From Patescibacteria group bacterium (GTDB taxonomy: Bacteria > Patescibacteriota > JABMPQ01 > JAQVVF01), in the NCBI GenBank assembly GCA_041662665.1, contig JBAZSC010000003.1, positions 76,333 to 140,332 of the forward strand: a DNA stretch of 64,000 nt. The letters run 5' to 3'. Shown in pieces: positions 7,573 to 16,482 of this stretch. The notes under the pieces are model-generated. The model saw nothing but the letters and a program-made list of their open reading frames with translations, was not told where the DNA came from and searched no databases. Position numbers and translations under genes: made by a program. The number at the start of each line of letters is the position of its first letter. The stretch's first letter is position 1.

Positions 7573-9684
7573 ATGACAAAATTTAACAAAATTTTTATTT
7601 GGAGCGTTGTTTTTGTGTTAACAATTTTTGGCTTGGCTAATTTTAGCCAAGCTAGAACATGGACGCAAAGCGGGACAGATGGATTAGGAGATACAGCTAA
7701 TTGGAATTTCTATGGTTTTCAGACAATTGGCAATTCACTTTTTACGGGATCTTTGTATGTGGGTCCTGCTAATGGCGCTCAAGCTTTTACAACGTCAGAT
7801 GGATCAACTTGGGTTTCAGTTGATGCAACTGGTTTTGGAGATGGCAACAATTATTCTTATGGAGGCGGAAATACAACATTTAACAATAATGTTTATTTTT
7901 GTTTGAGAAATATTACAACTGGAGCAGAGGTTTGGTCAACATCAAATACTGGCGTTTTGTCTGCTTCACAAGTTAATGTGGATGGTTTTGGAGCTGGCAA
8001 TCAAAATGCTGATTGTTATTTCTTGAAAGAATATAAGGGTATTTTGTATGGCGGAACGGAAAATACAACTGCAGGAGGTCAAGTTTATGCTTATTCTAAT
8101 GGAACAACTTGGACACAAACAAATACTAATGGTTTTGGCAGTATTAATAACGATATTTTTTATTCAGGTGAGGTTTTTAAAAACTACTTATATGTTGGAA
8201 CACGCAATGCTACAACTGGCGGACAGATTTGGCGGACAGATGGAAGTACTTGGTCGCAGGTAACTGGCGATGCATTTGGAGTTGGCAATGCTAGTTATGG
8301 AATTATGACTCTGCAAACTTTTGGTAATTATCTTTATGCTGGTATTGCTAACAATGGCGGTGCGCAAATTTGGCGAACTAGCGATGGTGTTAACTGGACA
8401 AATACTGGTTTTAGCAGCACTTTTAGCTTGAGTATTCAAGGTATGTATGCAACTGACAATTTATTGTTTGCTGGGACCTCAAATCTTGGCAGTGGAGCAG
8501 GTGTTTTTGAAACAAGCGATGGTACAAATTGGATTCAAAATAATGTTGGAGGTTTTGGTACAAGCGGTATTATGGGCAATATTATAGTAAGGGGTATGGG
8601 GTTATTTGGCGATTATTTGTATGCTGGCGCATTTAAAGCTAATGGAGGTACAATTTGGAAAACCGATATAATTCCTCCGATTGTGACAGCTAGCCCAGAT
8701 AATAAAGCTTCTAGAAAAAAGATTAAAGTGACATTATCAAGCAATGACAGTTCAGGATCAATTTATTACACAACTGATGGTTCAATACCGACAACTGGAT
8801 CAAATTTGTATACTGGACAGATAACTTTTAAAAAGACTAAAATTTTAAAATTTATTGGTGTTGATACTGAAGGCAATGTGAGTTCAGTTCAAACGAAACA
8901 TTATGTTGTAACAAGCTATCCATATTTATATAATACTAACAAAGAATTGCGCGAGAAGAATGGGACAATAAAATTTTATAATATTTCAACTTCTAAATAT
9001 GGCAAGAAATTTAAGCCGTTTTCTTCTGGTTTGAAATATTTTACGGTTGCTGATCCAAATCAAGATAATAAGACAGAAATTATTGCAAATAATGGAAATG
9101 AAATTAAGTTTTATAATTCTAAAAGAAAGCTAAGATATACTTTGAAAAGTGCGAATGATTATTTAACATTTGGTGATATTAATAATAGCAAAAAAGAAAA
9201 AACTTTGATTGCAAAAGCTAAGACTTTAAAAATTTATAACAAGACAAGTTTAGAGAAAACATTTAATTTTTCAGAAAATATAAAAAGTATTGCAGTCGGC
9301 AGAGTATTGAAATATGATCAGCCTTTGATAATTGTTGGTTTTGATGATCAGATTAAATTATATAAATATAAAAATAAAAGTTTAGTTTTGAAAAAAACAA
9401 AGTCATTAAACTACAGTAAATTATTGGCTTATGATTTGGATACTAATGGAACTGATAACATTATTTATTCTAAAAACAAAAAAGTTTATGTATTAAATAA
9501 GAAGTTGAAGAAAAAGTTTTCTTTTAGCGCTGGCGGAAGTTTTTTAGCAGTAGCAGATGTCAATGATGACTATTTATTAGAAATTTTAGCAAGTACTGGA
9601 AAGAAATTAAAAACTTATTCAAATGAAGGAATTTTGTTGAATAGCAAAAAAGATAGCGGGAAATGGATTGGAGCAAGATTTTAA
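7573..9684 (+). CDS. Secreted modular repeat protein: signal peptide, Thr/Gly/Trp-rich beta-propeller-like repeats (…GGQIWRTxDGxxWTQ…GFG…), CHB_HEX_C-like domain, Lys-rich C-terminal region
   Basis: Signal peptide; iterated ~45-aa repeats; 'IYYTTDGSIPTTGSNLYTGQI…LKFIGVDTEGN' motif; basic C-terminal 300 aa. Confidence 0.65.
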   Translation: MTKFNKIFIWSVVFVLTIFGLANFSQARTWTQSGTDGLGDTANWNFYGFQTIGNSLFTGSLYVGPANGAQAFTTSDGSTWVSVDATGFGDGNNYSYGGGNTTFNNNVYFCLRNITTGAEVWSTSNTGVLSASQVNVDGFGAGNQNADCYFLKEYKGILYGGTENTTAGGQVYAYSNGTTWTQTNTNGFGSINNDIFYSGEVFKNYLYVGTRNATTGGQIWRTDGSTWSQVTGDAFGVGNASYGIMTLQTFGNYLYAGIANNGGAQIWRTSDGVNWTNTGFSSTFSLSIQGMYATDNLLFAGTSNLGSGAGVFETSDGTNWIQNNVGGFGTSGIMGNIIVRGMGLFGDYLYAGAFKANGGTIWKTDIIPPIVTASPDNKASRKKIKVTLSSNDSSGSIYYTTDGSIPTTGSNLYTGQITFKKTKILKFIGVDTEGNVSSVQTKHYVVTSYPYLYNTNKELREKNGTIKFYNISTSKYGKKFKPFSSGLKYFTVADPNQDNKTEIIANNGNEIKFYNSKRKLRYTLKSANDYLTFGDINNSKKEKTLIAKAKTLKIYNKTSLEKTFNFSENIKSIAVGRVLKYDQPLIIVGFDDQIKLYKYKNKSLVLKKTKSLNYSKLLAYDLDTNGTDNIIYSKNKKVYVLNKKLKKKFSFSAGGSFLAVADVNDDYLLEILASTGKKLKTYSNEGILLNSKKDSGKWIGARF

Positions 9685-9716
9685 GGAGTTATTAGTTTTT
9701 TGAGATTTATGAGAAT

Positions 9717-9741
9717 TAAAAGAGTACGAGAGTACTCTTTT
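9717..9741 (+). terminator. Terminator hairpin aaaagagtacgagagtactctttt
   Basis: Perfect 10-bp stem with flanking A/T runs after the stop at 9684. Confidence 0.55.
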
Positions 9742-9834
9742 AAAAATATTTAATTATATAATTGACAATAATGATTTAAAGATTTAAGATACTTTGAGAT
9801 GTTTTCCCCAGATTGGGAAGGAGAGGAGGGAGAA

Positions 9835-10845
9835 ATGACAGACAGAAAACAGGTAGTTCTTTCAGGAATTAGAGCGACAGGACAAATGCATTTGGGCAAT
9901 TACCTTGGAGCAATGCGTCATTTTGTGGAATTAAGCAGAGATCCTAGCAAGCGATGTTTTTTCTTTGTGGCTGATTTGCACACATTGACGACTTTGAAAG
10001 ATCGGCAACAAATGGCAAAGCATTTGCCAAATATCGTTTTGGATTATTTGGCTGCTGGAATTGATCCTAGGGTTGCAACTTTGTATGCTCAGTCATCTGT
10101 GCCAGAAATTTCCGAGCTTTTTTGGCTATTGTGCAATTTTATGCCAGTTGCTGATTTGTTGCTTTGTCCGTCTTACAAGGATAAGGCGTCCAAGAATCCT
10201 CAAATTGCTGGTTTGTTGAATTATCCAATTCTGATGGCTGCTGATATTTTGGCTCCCAGAGGCGAATTGATTCCTGTCGGCCATGATCAAATTCCGCACG
10301 TTGAAATGGCAAGACAGATTGCTCGTGATTTTAATCGAGAGGTTGAAGAAGAGCTTTTTGTAATTCCAGAACATTTGGGTGGCGAATCAATTACTGTGAA
10401 GGGGTTGCATGGTGAAGGAAAGATGGGTAAAAGTGAAAAGCCGGATTCAACTATTTTCTTGACTGATAGCTATGATATTGTTTGGGGTAAATTGCGGACA
10501 GCAACTACTGATCCAGATAGGAAAAGAAGAAATGATCCAGGAAATCCAGCAGTTTGCAATGTATTTACTTTGCACACACTTTTGTCTCCAGATGAGAAAT
10601 TCCGAGAAATGGCCGAAGGTTGTCGAACTGCTTCGATTGGATGCATTGATTGTAAGAAAGAATTGATGATTCATTTGTGGAAATTGTTGGCTGAATTTCA
10701 AGCAAATCGCCAGCGAATTTTGCAGAATGGAGGCATTGATTATGTTAGGAATGTTCTGATTGAAGGTGGAAAAAATGCAAGGTCTGTGATTCAGTTTACT
10801 GTGCAAAGAGCACAAGAATTGATGGGTGTAGCAACTTATCTTTGA
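9835..10845 (+). CDS. trpS: Tryptophanyl-tRNA synthetase
   Basis: Class-I aaRS motifs HLGNYLGA (HIGH-like) and KMGKS (KMSKS). Strong SD GGAGAGGAGGG upstream of ATG 9835. G+C visibly higher than flanking genes. Confidence 0.9.
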   Translation: MTDRKQVVLSGIRATGQMHLGNYLGAMRHFVELSRDPSKRCFFFVADLHTLTTLKDRQQMAKHLPNIVLDYLAAGIDPRVATLYAQSSVPEISELFWLLCNFMPVADLLLCPSYKDKASKNPQIAGLLNYPILMAADILAPRGELIPVGHDQIPHVEMARQIARDFNREVEEELFVIPEHLGGESITVKGLHGEGKMGKSEKPDSTIFLTDSYDIVWGKLRTATTDPDRKRRNDPGNPAVCNVFTLHTLLSPDEKFREMAEGCRTASIGCIDCKKELMIHLWKLLAEFQANRQRILQNGGIDYVRNVLIEGGKNARSVIQFTVQRAQELMGVATYL

Positions 10846-10857
10846 TCTTTTTTTAAA

Positions 10858-10884
10858 GCGTATACACGCTTTTTTTATTGACTA
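10858..10884 (+). terminator. Terminator hairpin (agcgtatacacgct + T7) fused to a TTGACT -35 box
   Basis: 'gcgtatacacgctttttttattgact'; the same terminator-TTTTTTTATTGACT arrangement recurs at 11957-11984. Confidence 0.6.
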
Positions 10885-10953
10885 AAAAAGCAGATAATAA
10901 TAGACTTAAATATAAAGTTGTACTTTGACAACCCGAAAAGGGAGGGAAGAGAA

Positions 10954-11622
10954 ATGCAAGAAGAAGCCGCGAAGTTTTATCAGCATTTGGAATATTTGAA
11001 CGTTTTTAAGCCTTATCTTGACGCGAAAGCATACAATGATGTTGTTAGTCAAGCATTAAGAAAAACTTTGGCTGATCCATTTTTTCATGGTAGAAGAATC
11101 AGAGTTTTGGATTGTGGAACTGGTACAGGAAGAGGATTGATTAGATTGATTAAAGATGGCTTTTTGAGGAATGCATATATTGAAGCTTTTGATGTAGACA
11201 GAGATTTGTTGATGGGTATGCCTCGCTTGTTTGAAGAGCATGCTGTTTTGAATGGTTGGTCATACAAGCCTTTAGATTGTAAGGACCCAGCTAATTTTCA
11301 GTTCAGTATTACTTGTGAAAAAGAAGGTATTGATATTGTAGTGCATGGTTTTGTTTGTTCTGTTTATGATATTGGGTCAGAAATACTGCTTGAGGAAGTG
11401 GATTTGGTAATTGGTCAGGCTTTTATTGAACATGTTAATTCTCAGCTTGCTTATGGCAGACTATTAGGATTGCTGAAAAGCGGTGGGTTTGTCTATTTTT
11501 CTATGAACTGTGATGGATGGTTTTGTTATACTCCTTGTCCTCGTGGTTCTGAAGATAGAGATACTAAAATTATGAATTTGTTTAATGATTTGGCAATGAA
11601 TGATCAGAACTATGGTAATTAA
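10954..11622 (+). CDS. Class I SAM-dependent methyltransferase
   Basis: Glycine-rich SAM motif VLDCGTGTGRG; strong SD AAAGGGAGGGAAG. Confidence 0.55.
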   Translation: MQEEAAKFYQHLEYLNVFKPYLDAKAYNDVVSQALRKTLADPFFHGRRIRVLDCGTGTGRGLIRLIKDGFLRNAYIEAFDVDRDLLMGMPRLFEEHAVLNGWSYKPLDCKDPANFQFSITCEKEGIDIVVHGFVCSVYDIGSEILLEEVDLVIGQAFIEHVNSQLAYGRLLGLLKSGGFVYFSMNCDGWFCYTPCPRGSEDRDTKIMNLFNDLAMNDQNYGN

Positions 11623-11664
11623 TCTGGTGCAATCTATGGTGGTAGAGCATTTTGCGGTCGAAAT

Positions 11665-11952
11665 TTGCCTTATGATTTTAAAAGAAGAGGTTTAAAAACT
11701 TTGGCTTATGGACCATCAGATTGGGTTGTAACTCCATATGATCAAGTAGATCAGGAATTGGGATTTTTGAGGCATACTTTGGCAGAAATAAAAGATATTT
11801 GTATTTCAGAAAAAGCATTGGAAATGAGGTCAAAGTGGAATGTTAGCGTTTCAGAAATTTTAGAATGGTATTTGGAAAAGTTTGCAGCAATTTCTGATAA
11901 AAGTATTGGTTTTACTTGCGTTCAGAAAGATATTTTAGGGAGGAAGATTTAG
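11665..11952 (+). other. ORF in the same frame as the upstream methyltransferase, separated from it by a single TAA (11620-11622); either a C-terminal continuation (pseudogene or recoding) or a separate small protein
   Basis: 10954 and 11665 are both in frame 1; the frame is open from 11623; there is no SD in front of ATG 11665. Confidence 0.3.
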
Positions 11953-12054
11953 TTCTTAGCGTGTGAATTGCACGCTTTTTTTATTGACTTGTTAAAATGA
12001 ATATACTAAATTAACTTAATGTTCTTTATTCCAACCAGAAAAGGAGGGAAGGAA

Positions 12055-12630
12055 ATGGGAGCTGTAAATAAAAATTTATTTGATGAAGCAGTTAGAAGAG
12101 CAAAATTGATTGCTCAAAATTGTTCTTCTGTTAATTTGATTTTTTTGGATCAATGGCGAAGATCAAGAGAAGAAGATAAATGGAGGTTGACATATTTAGG
12201 TGATGACATTGGTTGTTGTTCTAGTGATTGTTTAAATTGCCCTATCTTTTGGAGTTGTGGAGGAATGGATGATCCTTTTGATGAAAACAAACTTGTAACA
12301 ACTTTGGTCTTGGCAACGAAATCTGATTTACGAAATTATGATGGAAGACAAGTCTATCTTAATTGTAAATCGTTAGATCAATATGTTATTTCTTTTGTTA
12401 ATTGCTTTGTTGGAAGTTGTCATAATCGAGTAACAATGCTTGATGAATTAGATTATGTTGCGGGATTTAAAGTTGTTTATTCTCGAGACGAGATTGATTT
12501 AACAACTCTTGAAATGAGAATAAAGGAAAGAATTATAAAGGGATGTTTATTAAGATATTCAGAAAAAGAAAAAGAAATTTTTTCAGCTGCAGTGTTAGAG
12601 ATTGGATTTCCTAAATATTTTGTAATTTGA
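12055..12630 (+). CDS. Cys-rich hypothetical protein (CSSDCLNCPIFWSCGG…CFVGSCHN)
   Basis: Strong SD AAAAGGAGGGAAGG; own promoter (TTGACT) and terminator; no recognisable family. Confidence 0.45.
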   Translation: MGAVNKNLFDEAVRRAKLIAQNCSSVNLIFLDQWRRSREEDKWRLTYLGDDIGCCSSDCLNCPIFWSCGGMDDPFDENKLVTTLVLATKSDLRNYDGRQVYLNCKSLDQYVISFVNCFVGSCHNRVTMLDELDYVAGFKVVYSRDEIDLTTLEMRIKERIIKGCLLRYSEKEKEIFSAAVLEIGFPKYFVI

Positions 12631-12637
12631 ACATTGT

Positions 12638-12668
12638 GATCATACATGGATTGTATGATTTTTTTTAT
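12638..12668 (+). terminator. Terminator hairpin gatcatacatggattgtatgatc + T8
   Basis: Stem-loop plus T-run, followed by TTGACT(12677)…TATAAT(about 12703) promoter. Confidence 0.55.
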
Positions 12669-12711
12669 TTTCTCTTGACTTTAAAAATATTTTTGATAAT
12701 ATAATAAGTGA

Positions 12712-13093
12712 AACTTAAAACTTTAAAAATCGTTGACCTGGAAAAAGTAAGTTAGTTATTTTTAAAAGTCTGCTTTCGCTAAAGCTACAGCAGACGAAGC
12801 GAATAAGGGATAGTGAGAGCCTTATAAAAATACTAGCTGAAAATGGATCCAGCGAGATGATAAGTTAAATACTTATCCGGTTGCCTCCGTAACCATAGGC
12901 TAACTGATATCTTGAATCCACCTTTGCTAAAGCTTCGGTGGACAAAGGAGTCAGTAAGTGATCAGTGTTTTTGCACTGATAAACAAGGTGGTAACACGGG
13001 AAGACTTCTCGTCCTTGAATACTTTTTAGAAGTATTTTAGGATGAGAAGTTTTTTGTTATGATCGATCTTTCACAACGCAAGGAGGAGAGAAG
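12712..13093 (+). promoter_or_regulatory. About 380-nt structured 5' leader of the RPH-like gene, containing two copies of the CCGCC-hairpin element and several other stem-loops
   Basis: Promoter TTGACT-N17/18-TATAAT at 12677-12708. Hairpins at 12769-12801, 12858-12882 and 12916-12950; a weak terminator-like hairpin at 13018-13040; SD AAGGAGGAG at 13080. Confidence 0.45.
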
Positions 13094-15619
13094 ATGAAAG
13101 TTCTATACCTGAGAAATCTGATGGGTTTGGAAGTGTCGCAGATTGGTGGCAAAGCATTTAATTTGGGCAAGTTAATTATGGCTGGATTTAATGTACCAAG
13201 TAGAGGTTTTGTGTTAGATGTGGATGTTTTGGACAGTTGGCCAAGTGGACGTGAAGAAGTAGCAGATTTTTTTGTAGATTATTTTGGTGGACAAGTCGTA
13301 GCTGTGAGAAGTTCAGCAGTAGCAGAAGATTCTGGATCAGCTTCTTTTGCTGGTCAGTACAAAACTACCTTGCATGTTAGGACTAGGGAAGAATTTTTGC
13401 GAGCAGTTGATGATTTCGTTGCTGGTTTGCTTGATGATGGCATTCAAGCATATCAGACAGTAGTTAAGCAGAAAGATTCAGGTCGACGGCAGGCAGCTTT
13501 GATTGTTCAGGAAATGGTTGAAGCAGAAATTGCTGGTGTGCTTTTTACGGTTAACCCACTCGATGGTTTGGACGAGATGATGATTACAGCAGCTTCTGGT
13601 ATTGGTGAGGCATTGGTATCTGGTCAGGTGACTGGAGATACATATGTTGTTGATAGAGATGGGATGCTCAAAAAGATGGTTATCGGCGGTGTAAAAAAAG
13701 ATTTGCGAGATGGTGTTGGCTTGATGACAAATAGAGATGTTGCTGAGAGAATTTTGGATGATAGTTTGCTGATGTATTTAGTAAAAATTGGCAAGCGGGT
13801 TGAAGAACTATTCCAATGTCCGCAAGATATCGAATGGGCAATTGTTGGTTCGCAGATTTTTTTGCTGCAAGCTCGACCAATTACGGCAATGTCTACTTTG
13901 GGTTTGCAGCGTCAAAAAGTTATTGATGATCTTGGAAATTCTTTTGAAAAAGAGAGAGCGAGATTGGAAGAGTTAGGTGTTGTATTGGCAACTGATTGTT
14001 TTTCTGATCAAAATATTGCTGAGCTTTTGACTCGTCATCCTACGCCAATGGCTTTTGGAGCATTCTGTTATATTTTTGCTGATGGCGAAGCTGGAATCCG
14101 GCTTGGTCGCAATCAAATGGGTTATGAGATTGGGTCAGAACTTGATCATGGTTTTTTCAGATTAGTTGGTGGTCAACCTCGTTGTAGTATTGTTCATGAT
14201 GCTTTTACTTATCGGATTGCTGGAATTCCGTTGTCGGATTATGCGATTTTGGTGAGATATTATTTGGAGAAAATTGCTGAAGATTCTAAAATGGCAAATT
14301 ATCCAGAAGTAGTGCTCTATAAGCAAGATCCGAGTTTGGAATTTCTGACAGAATTGTTTGGAGCAGAAAAAGCACAGTTCTATCGAGTGGCTTTTGATCG
14401 ATTTTTTACTGGATTAGCAGTGTTGATTGAGCAAACGGTGTTGGAGATGAAGACATTCGAAGATGATTTTAGGGCTTATATTGCAAGAGAGAAAGTCAAG
14501 ATGGAAAGTTTGGACATGAATCTTCAAGCTAATATTGCTCTATGCATGGAAATGTTTGATCATCTGCGAACTGTTGCTTGTGTGATGTTTGTTAAAGTTG
14601 CACGTTTGGGATTTTTTGCTTATGCACGACTTCGAGAAAAAATGGCATTGCATTATGGTAAAGAAAAGGGCGAGCAGTTGTTAGCAACATTAACTAGTGG
14701 ATTGGATAATGATCCGTCTTTGCATTTCAATGTTTGTTTGGCACAGTATCGTGATGGTCAAATCACTTTTTCTGAACTTTTGGAAAGATATGGTCATTTG
14801 GGTGCGAATGAACTAGAGGTTTCAGGATTGCGTTATCATGAAGATTCAAGTTTGTTGGAGCGTTACGCAGAACAGATTGCTGGAGATCCTCGTGTTGAAT
14901 TGGCACGCAGAAAGGCAGAATGTGATAAGGTTCGTGCAACTGTGGCAACGGAATTGGGAGAAGAAGTGGCTAGCTGGGTTGAGGTAGCGCGACAGTATTT
15001 GGCTGGTAGAGAATTAATCAAATATCTTTATTTGATGGAATATGATTTAGTTCGGCAAATGTTACTTAGAATCGAAAAGATTTTACATTGGGAAGATGAT
15101 TTGGTCTTCTGTCTTTATCCAGGAGAGATTCCAATGTTGCAATATGATAGCGAACGTATCCATAGAAAAGCAGTTGCGCGTTTGCAGCGTAGGCGTGAGC
15201 AAATGAATATCTATGTTCCGCCAGTAATTTTCTCTGATGATTTGGAGAGGATCGGTCAATCTCCATATCAAGCATCTGATAAGATTTTGACTGGCTTTGG
15301 AGTGACAGATCAGGTGGTGACTGGAGAGGTAGTTAAAGTGGCTGATCCAAGGGATAGAAAACAAATTGCCAAGCTTTTTGCAGGTTGTGTTCTAGTGACA
15401 ATGACAACTGATCCTTCTTGGGCCCCATTGATTGCAGCGATTGGTAGTAACGGTGGTTTGGTGACTGAGATTGGAGGTCCTTTGGCGCATGGGGCAATTG
15501 TAGCTAGAGAATTGGGAATTGGCGCTGTCTTGGATGTTACTGGAGCAATGCAGATTTTGCAGGATGGAATGAGAGTAGAGGTTAATGGTCCTTTGGGAGT
15601 TGTGAAGATTTTGGATTGA
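13094..15619 (+). CDS. PEP-utilising-enzyme family protein with PPDK-N ATP-grasp domain and C-terminal swivelling His domain (rifampin-phosphotransferase / PEP-synthase-like)
   Basis: N-terminus 'QIGGKAFNLGKL…GFNVPSRGFVL'; C-terminus 'LVTEIGGPLAHGAIVARELGIGAVL' (PEP-utilisers mobile-domain His); no PEP-binding TIM barrel; about 840 aa like the Rph family. Confidence 0.7.
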   Translation: MKVLYLRNLMGLEVSQIGGKAFNLGKLIMAGFNVPSRGFVLDVDVLDSWPSGREEVADFFVDYFGGQVVAVRSSAVAEDSGSASFAGQYKTTLHVRTREEFLRAVDDFVAGLLDDGIQAYQTVVKQKDSGRRQAALIVQEMVEAEIAGVLFTVNPLDGLDEMMITAASGIGEALVSGQVTGDTYVVDRDGMLKKMVIGGVKKDLRDGVGLMTNRDVAERILDDSLLMYLVKIGKRVEELFQCPQDIEWAIVGSQIFLLQARPITAMSTLGLQRQKVIDDLGNSFEKERARLEELGVVLATDCFSDQNIAELLTRHPTPMAFGAFCYIFADGEAGIRLGRNQMGYEIGSELDHGFFRLVGGQPRCSIVHDAFTYRIAGIPLSDYAILVRYYLEKIAEDSKMANYPEVVLYKQDPSLEFLTELFGAEKAQFYRVAFDRFFTGLAVLIEQTVLEMKTFEDDFRAYIAREKVKMESLDMNLQANIALCMEMFDHLRTVACVMFVKVARLGFFAYARLREKMALHYGKEKGEQLLATLTSGLDNDPSLHFNVCLAQYRDGQITFSELLERYGHLGANELEVSGLRYHEDSSLLERYAEQIAGDPRVELARRKAECDKVRATVATELGEEVASWVEVARQYLAGRELIKYLYLMEYDLVRQMLLRIEKILHWEDDLVFCLYPGEIPMLQYDSERIHRKAVARLQRRREQMNIYVPPVIFSDDLERIGQSPYQASDKILTGFGVTDQVVTGEVVKVADPRDRKQIAKLFAGCVLVTMTTDPSWAPLIAAIGSNGGLVTEIGGPLAHGAIVARELGIGAVLDVTGAMQILQDGMRVEVNGPLGVVKILD

Positions 15620-15703
15620 TCTTTTTTGCGAGCAAGCAGATTTATCTGCTTTCTTTTTCTGTTTTGTTTTATTAAGATAATACAAAAGAGAAGAGGAAAT
15701 ATT

Positions 15704-16243
15704 ATGAAGAAAAAAATAATTTTATTTGTTTGTTCTGGAAACATGTTTCGGTCACCAATTGCTGAGGCATATTTTGATATGCTTTTAAAAAAGAATAACG
15801 ATCATAAATTTTTTGTTGCAAAATCAGCAGGAATTCAAGGTACTGGTGGAAAGATAAAATTAAAAGGACAAAATCCTCCAAAATTTAAAAATTTAAGAAA
15901 TTATGAATTAGAATGGAAGCATTCTGAGCCATTGTTAAAGTCGGCAAATATTGATATTTCTAAACATAATTTTGTTGCTATTAATAAGAAAATTATTTTA
16001 GAATCAAGTTTGATTATTGCAATGAGTAAAGATATATATCAAACAAGAACTAACTCTTTATTAAATCAATTTTTAGAAAACAAAGACAAGATTTTTTTAT
16101 TAAGCAATATAATAAACAAAAAAAGAGGAATACCTGATGTTTTTGGAAAAAGAAAAAGGAGAATGTATAAAGTTGCAATTGGACAAATACAAAATTATTT
16201 GGATTCTGGTTATAAGAAAATTATTAAATTAGCTAAAAACTAA
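15704..16243 (+). CDS. Low-molecular-weight protein-tyrosine-phosphatase / ArsC-like (LMWPc) protein
   Basis: P-loop CSGNMFRS (C-X5-R) at the N-terminus after ATG 15704. Confidence 0.65.
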   Translation: MKKKIILFVCSGNMFRSPIAEAYFDMLLKKNNDHKFFVAKSAGIQGTGGKIKLKGQNPPKFKNLRNYELEWKHSEPLLKSANIDISKHNFVAINKKIILESSLIIAMSKDIYQTRTNSLLNQFLENKDKIFLLSNIINKKRGIPDVFGKRKRRMYKVAIGQIQNYLDSGYKKIIKLAKN

Positions 16244-16295
16244 TAATATTTTGTTAAAAAACTGAACTTATTAGTTCGGTTTTTTTGTACAAAAA

Positions 16296-16320
16296 AAGAC
16301 CTCTCAGAGAGAAGGTCTAA
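16296..16320 (-). terminator. Terminator of tRNA-Trp (gaccttctctctgagaggtc + T7 on the minus strand)
   Basis: Hairpin plus T-run immediately 3' of the tRNA on the minus strand; convergent with the plus-strand terminator at 16244-16280. Confidence 0.5.
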
Positions 16321-16325
16321 AGGGG

Positions 16326-16398
16326 CGGGCCAGGAGGGATTCGAACCCACAGCATTCGGTTTTGGAGACCGACGCTCTACCATTAGAGCTACTGGCCC
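16326..16398 (-). tRNA. tRNA-Trp (anticodon CCA)
   Basis: Reverse-complement cloverleaf: acceptor GGGCCAG/CTGGCCC, D-arm GCTC-TAATGGTA-GAGC, anticodon stem TCGGT/ACCGA with loop CTCCAAA, T-loop TTCGAAT. Confidence 0.8.
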
Positions 16399-16482
16399 GC
16401 AAGGTGCAAGAAAAGTAAAGAACGTGTATTTATGATGTCATCATATATCTTTGATTTTGCTTTGTCAAATTTGACTTGTGGA

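Noticed and set aside
12800-13040. T-box riboswitch responding to tRNA-Trp (UGG in a loop at 12845, GGUGGUAAC at 12997, CCGUAAC at 12889)
   Set aside because: The UGG is in a terminal loop rather than a Stem-I internal specifier loop. The T-box sequence match is partial and the terminator is weak. The downstream gene is not an aminoacyl or Trp-metabolism gene. Kept only as a generic structured-leader candidate.
15310-15744. Minus-strand 144-aa and 97-aa ORFs at the 3' end of the RPH-like gene
   Set aside because: Antisense to the conserved PEP-utilisers His domain; shadow ORFs in a higher-GC segment.
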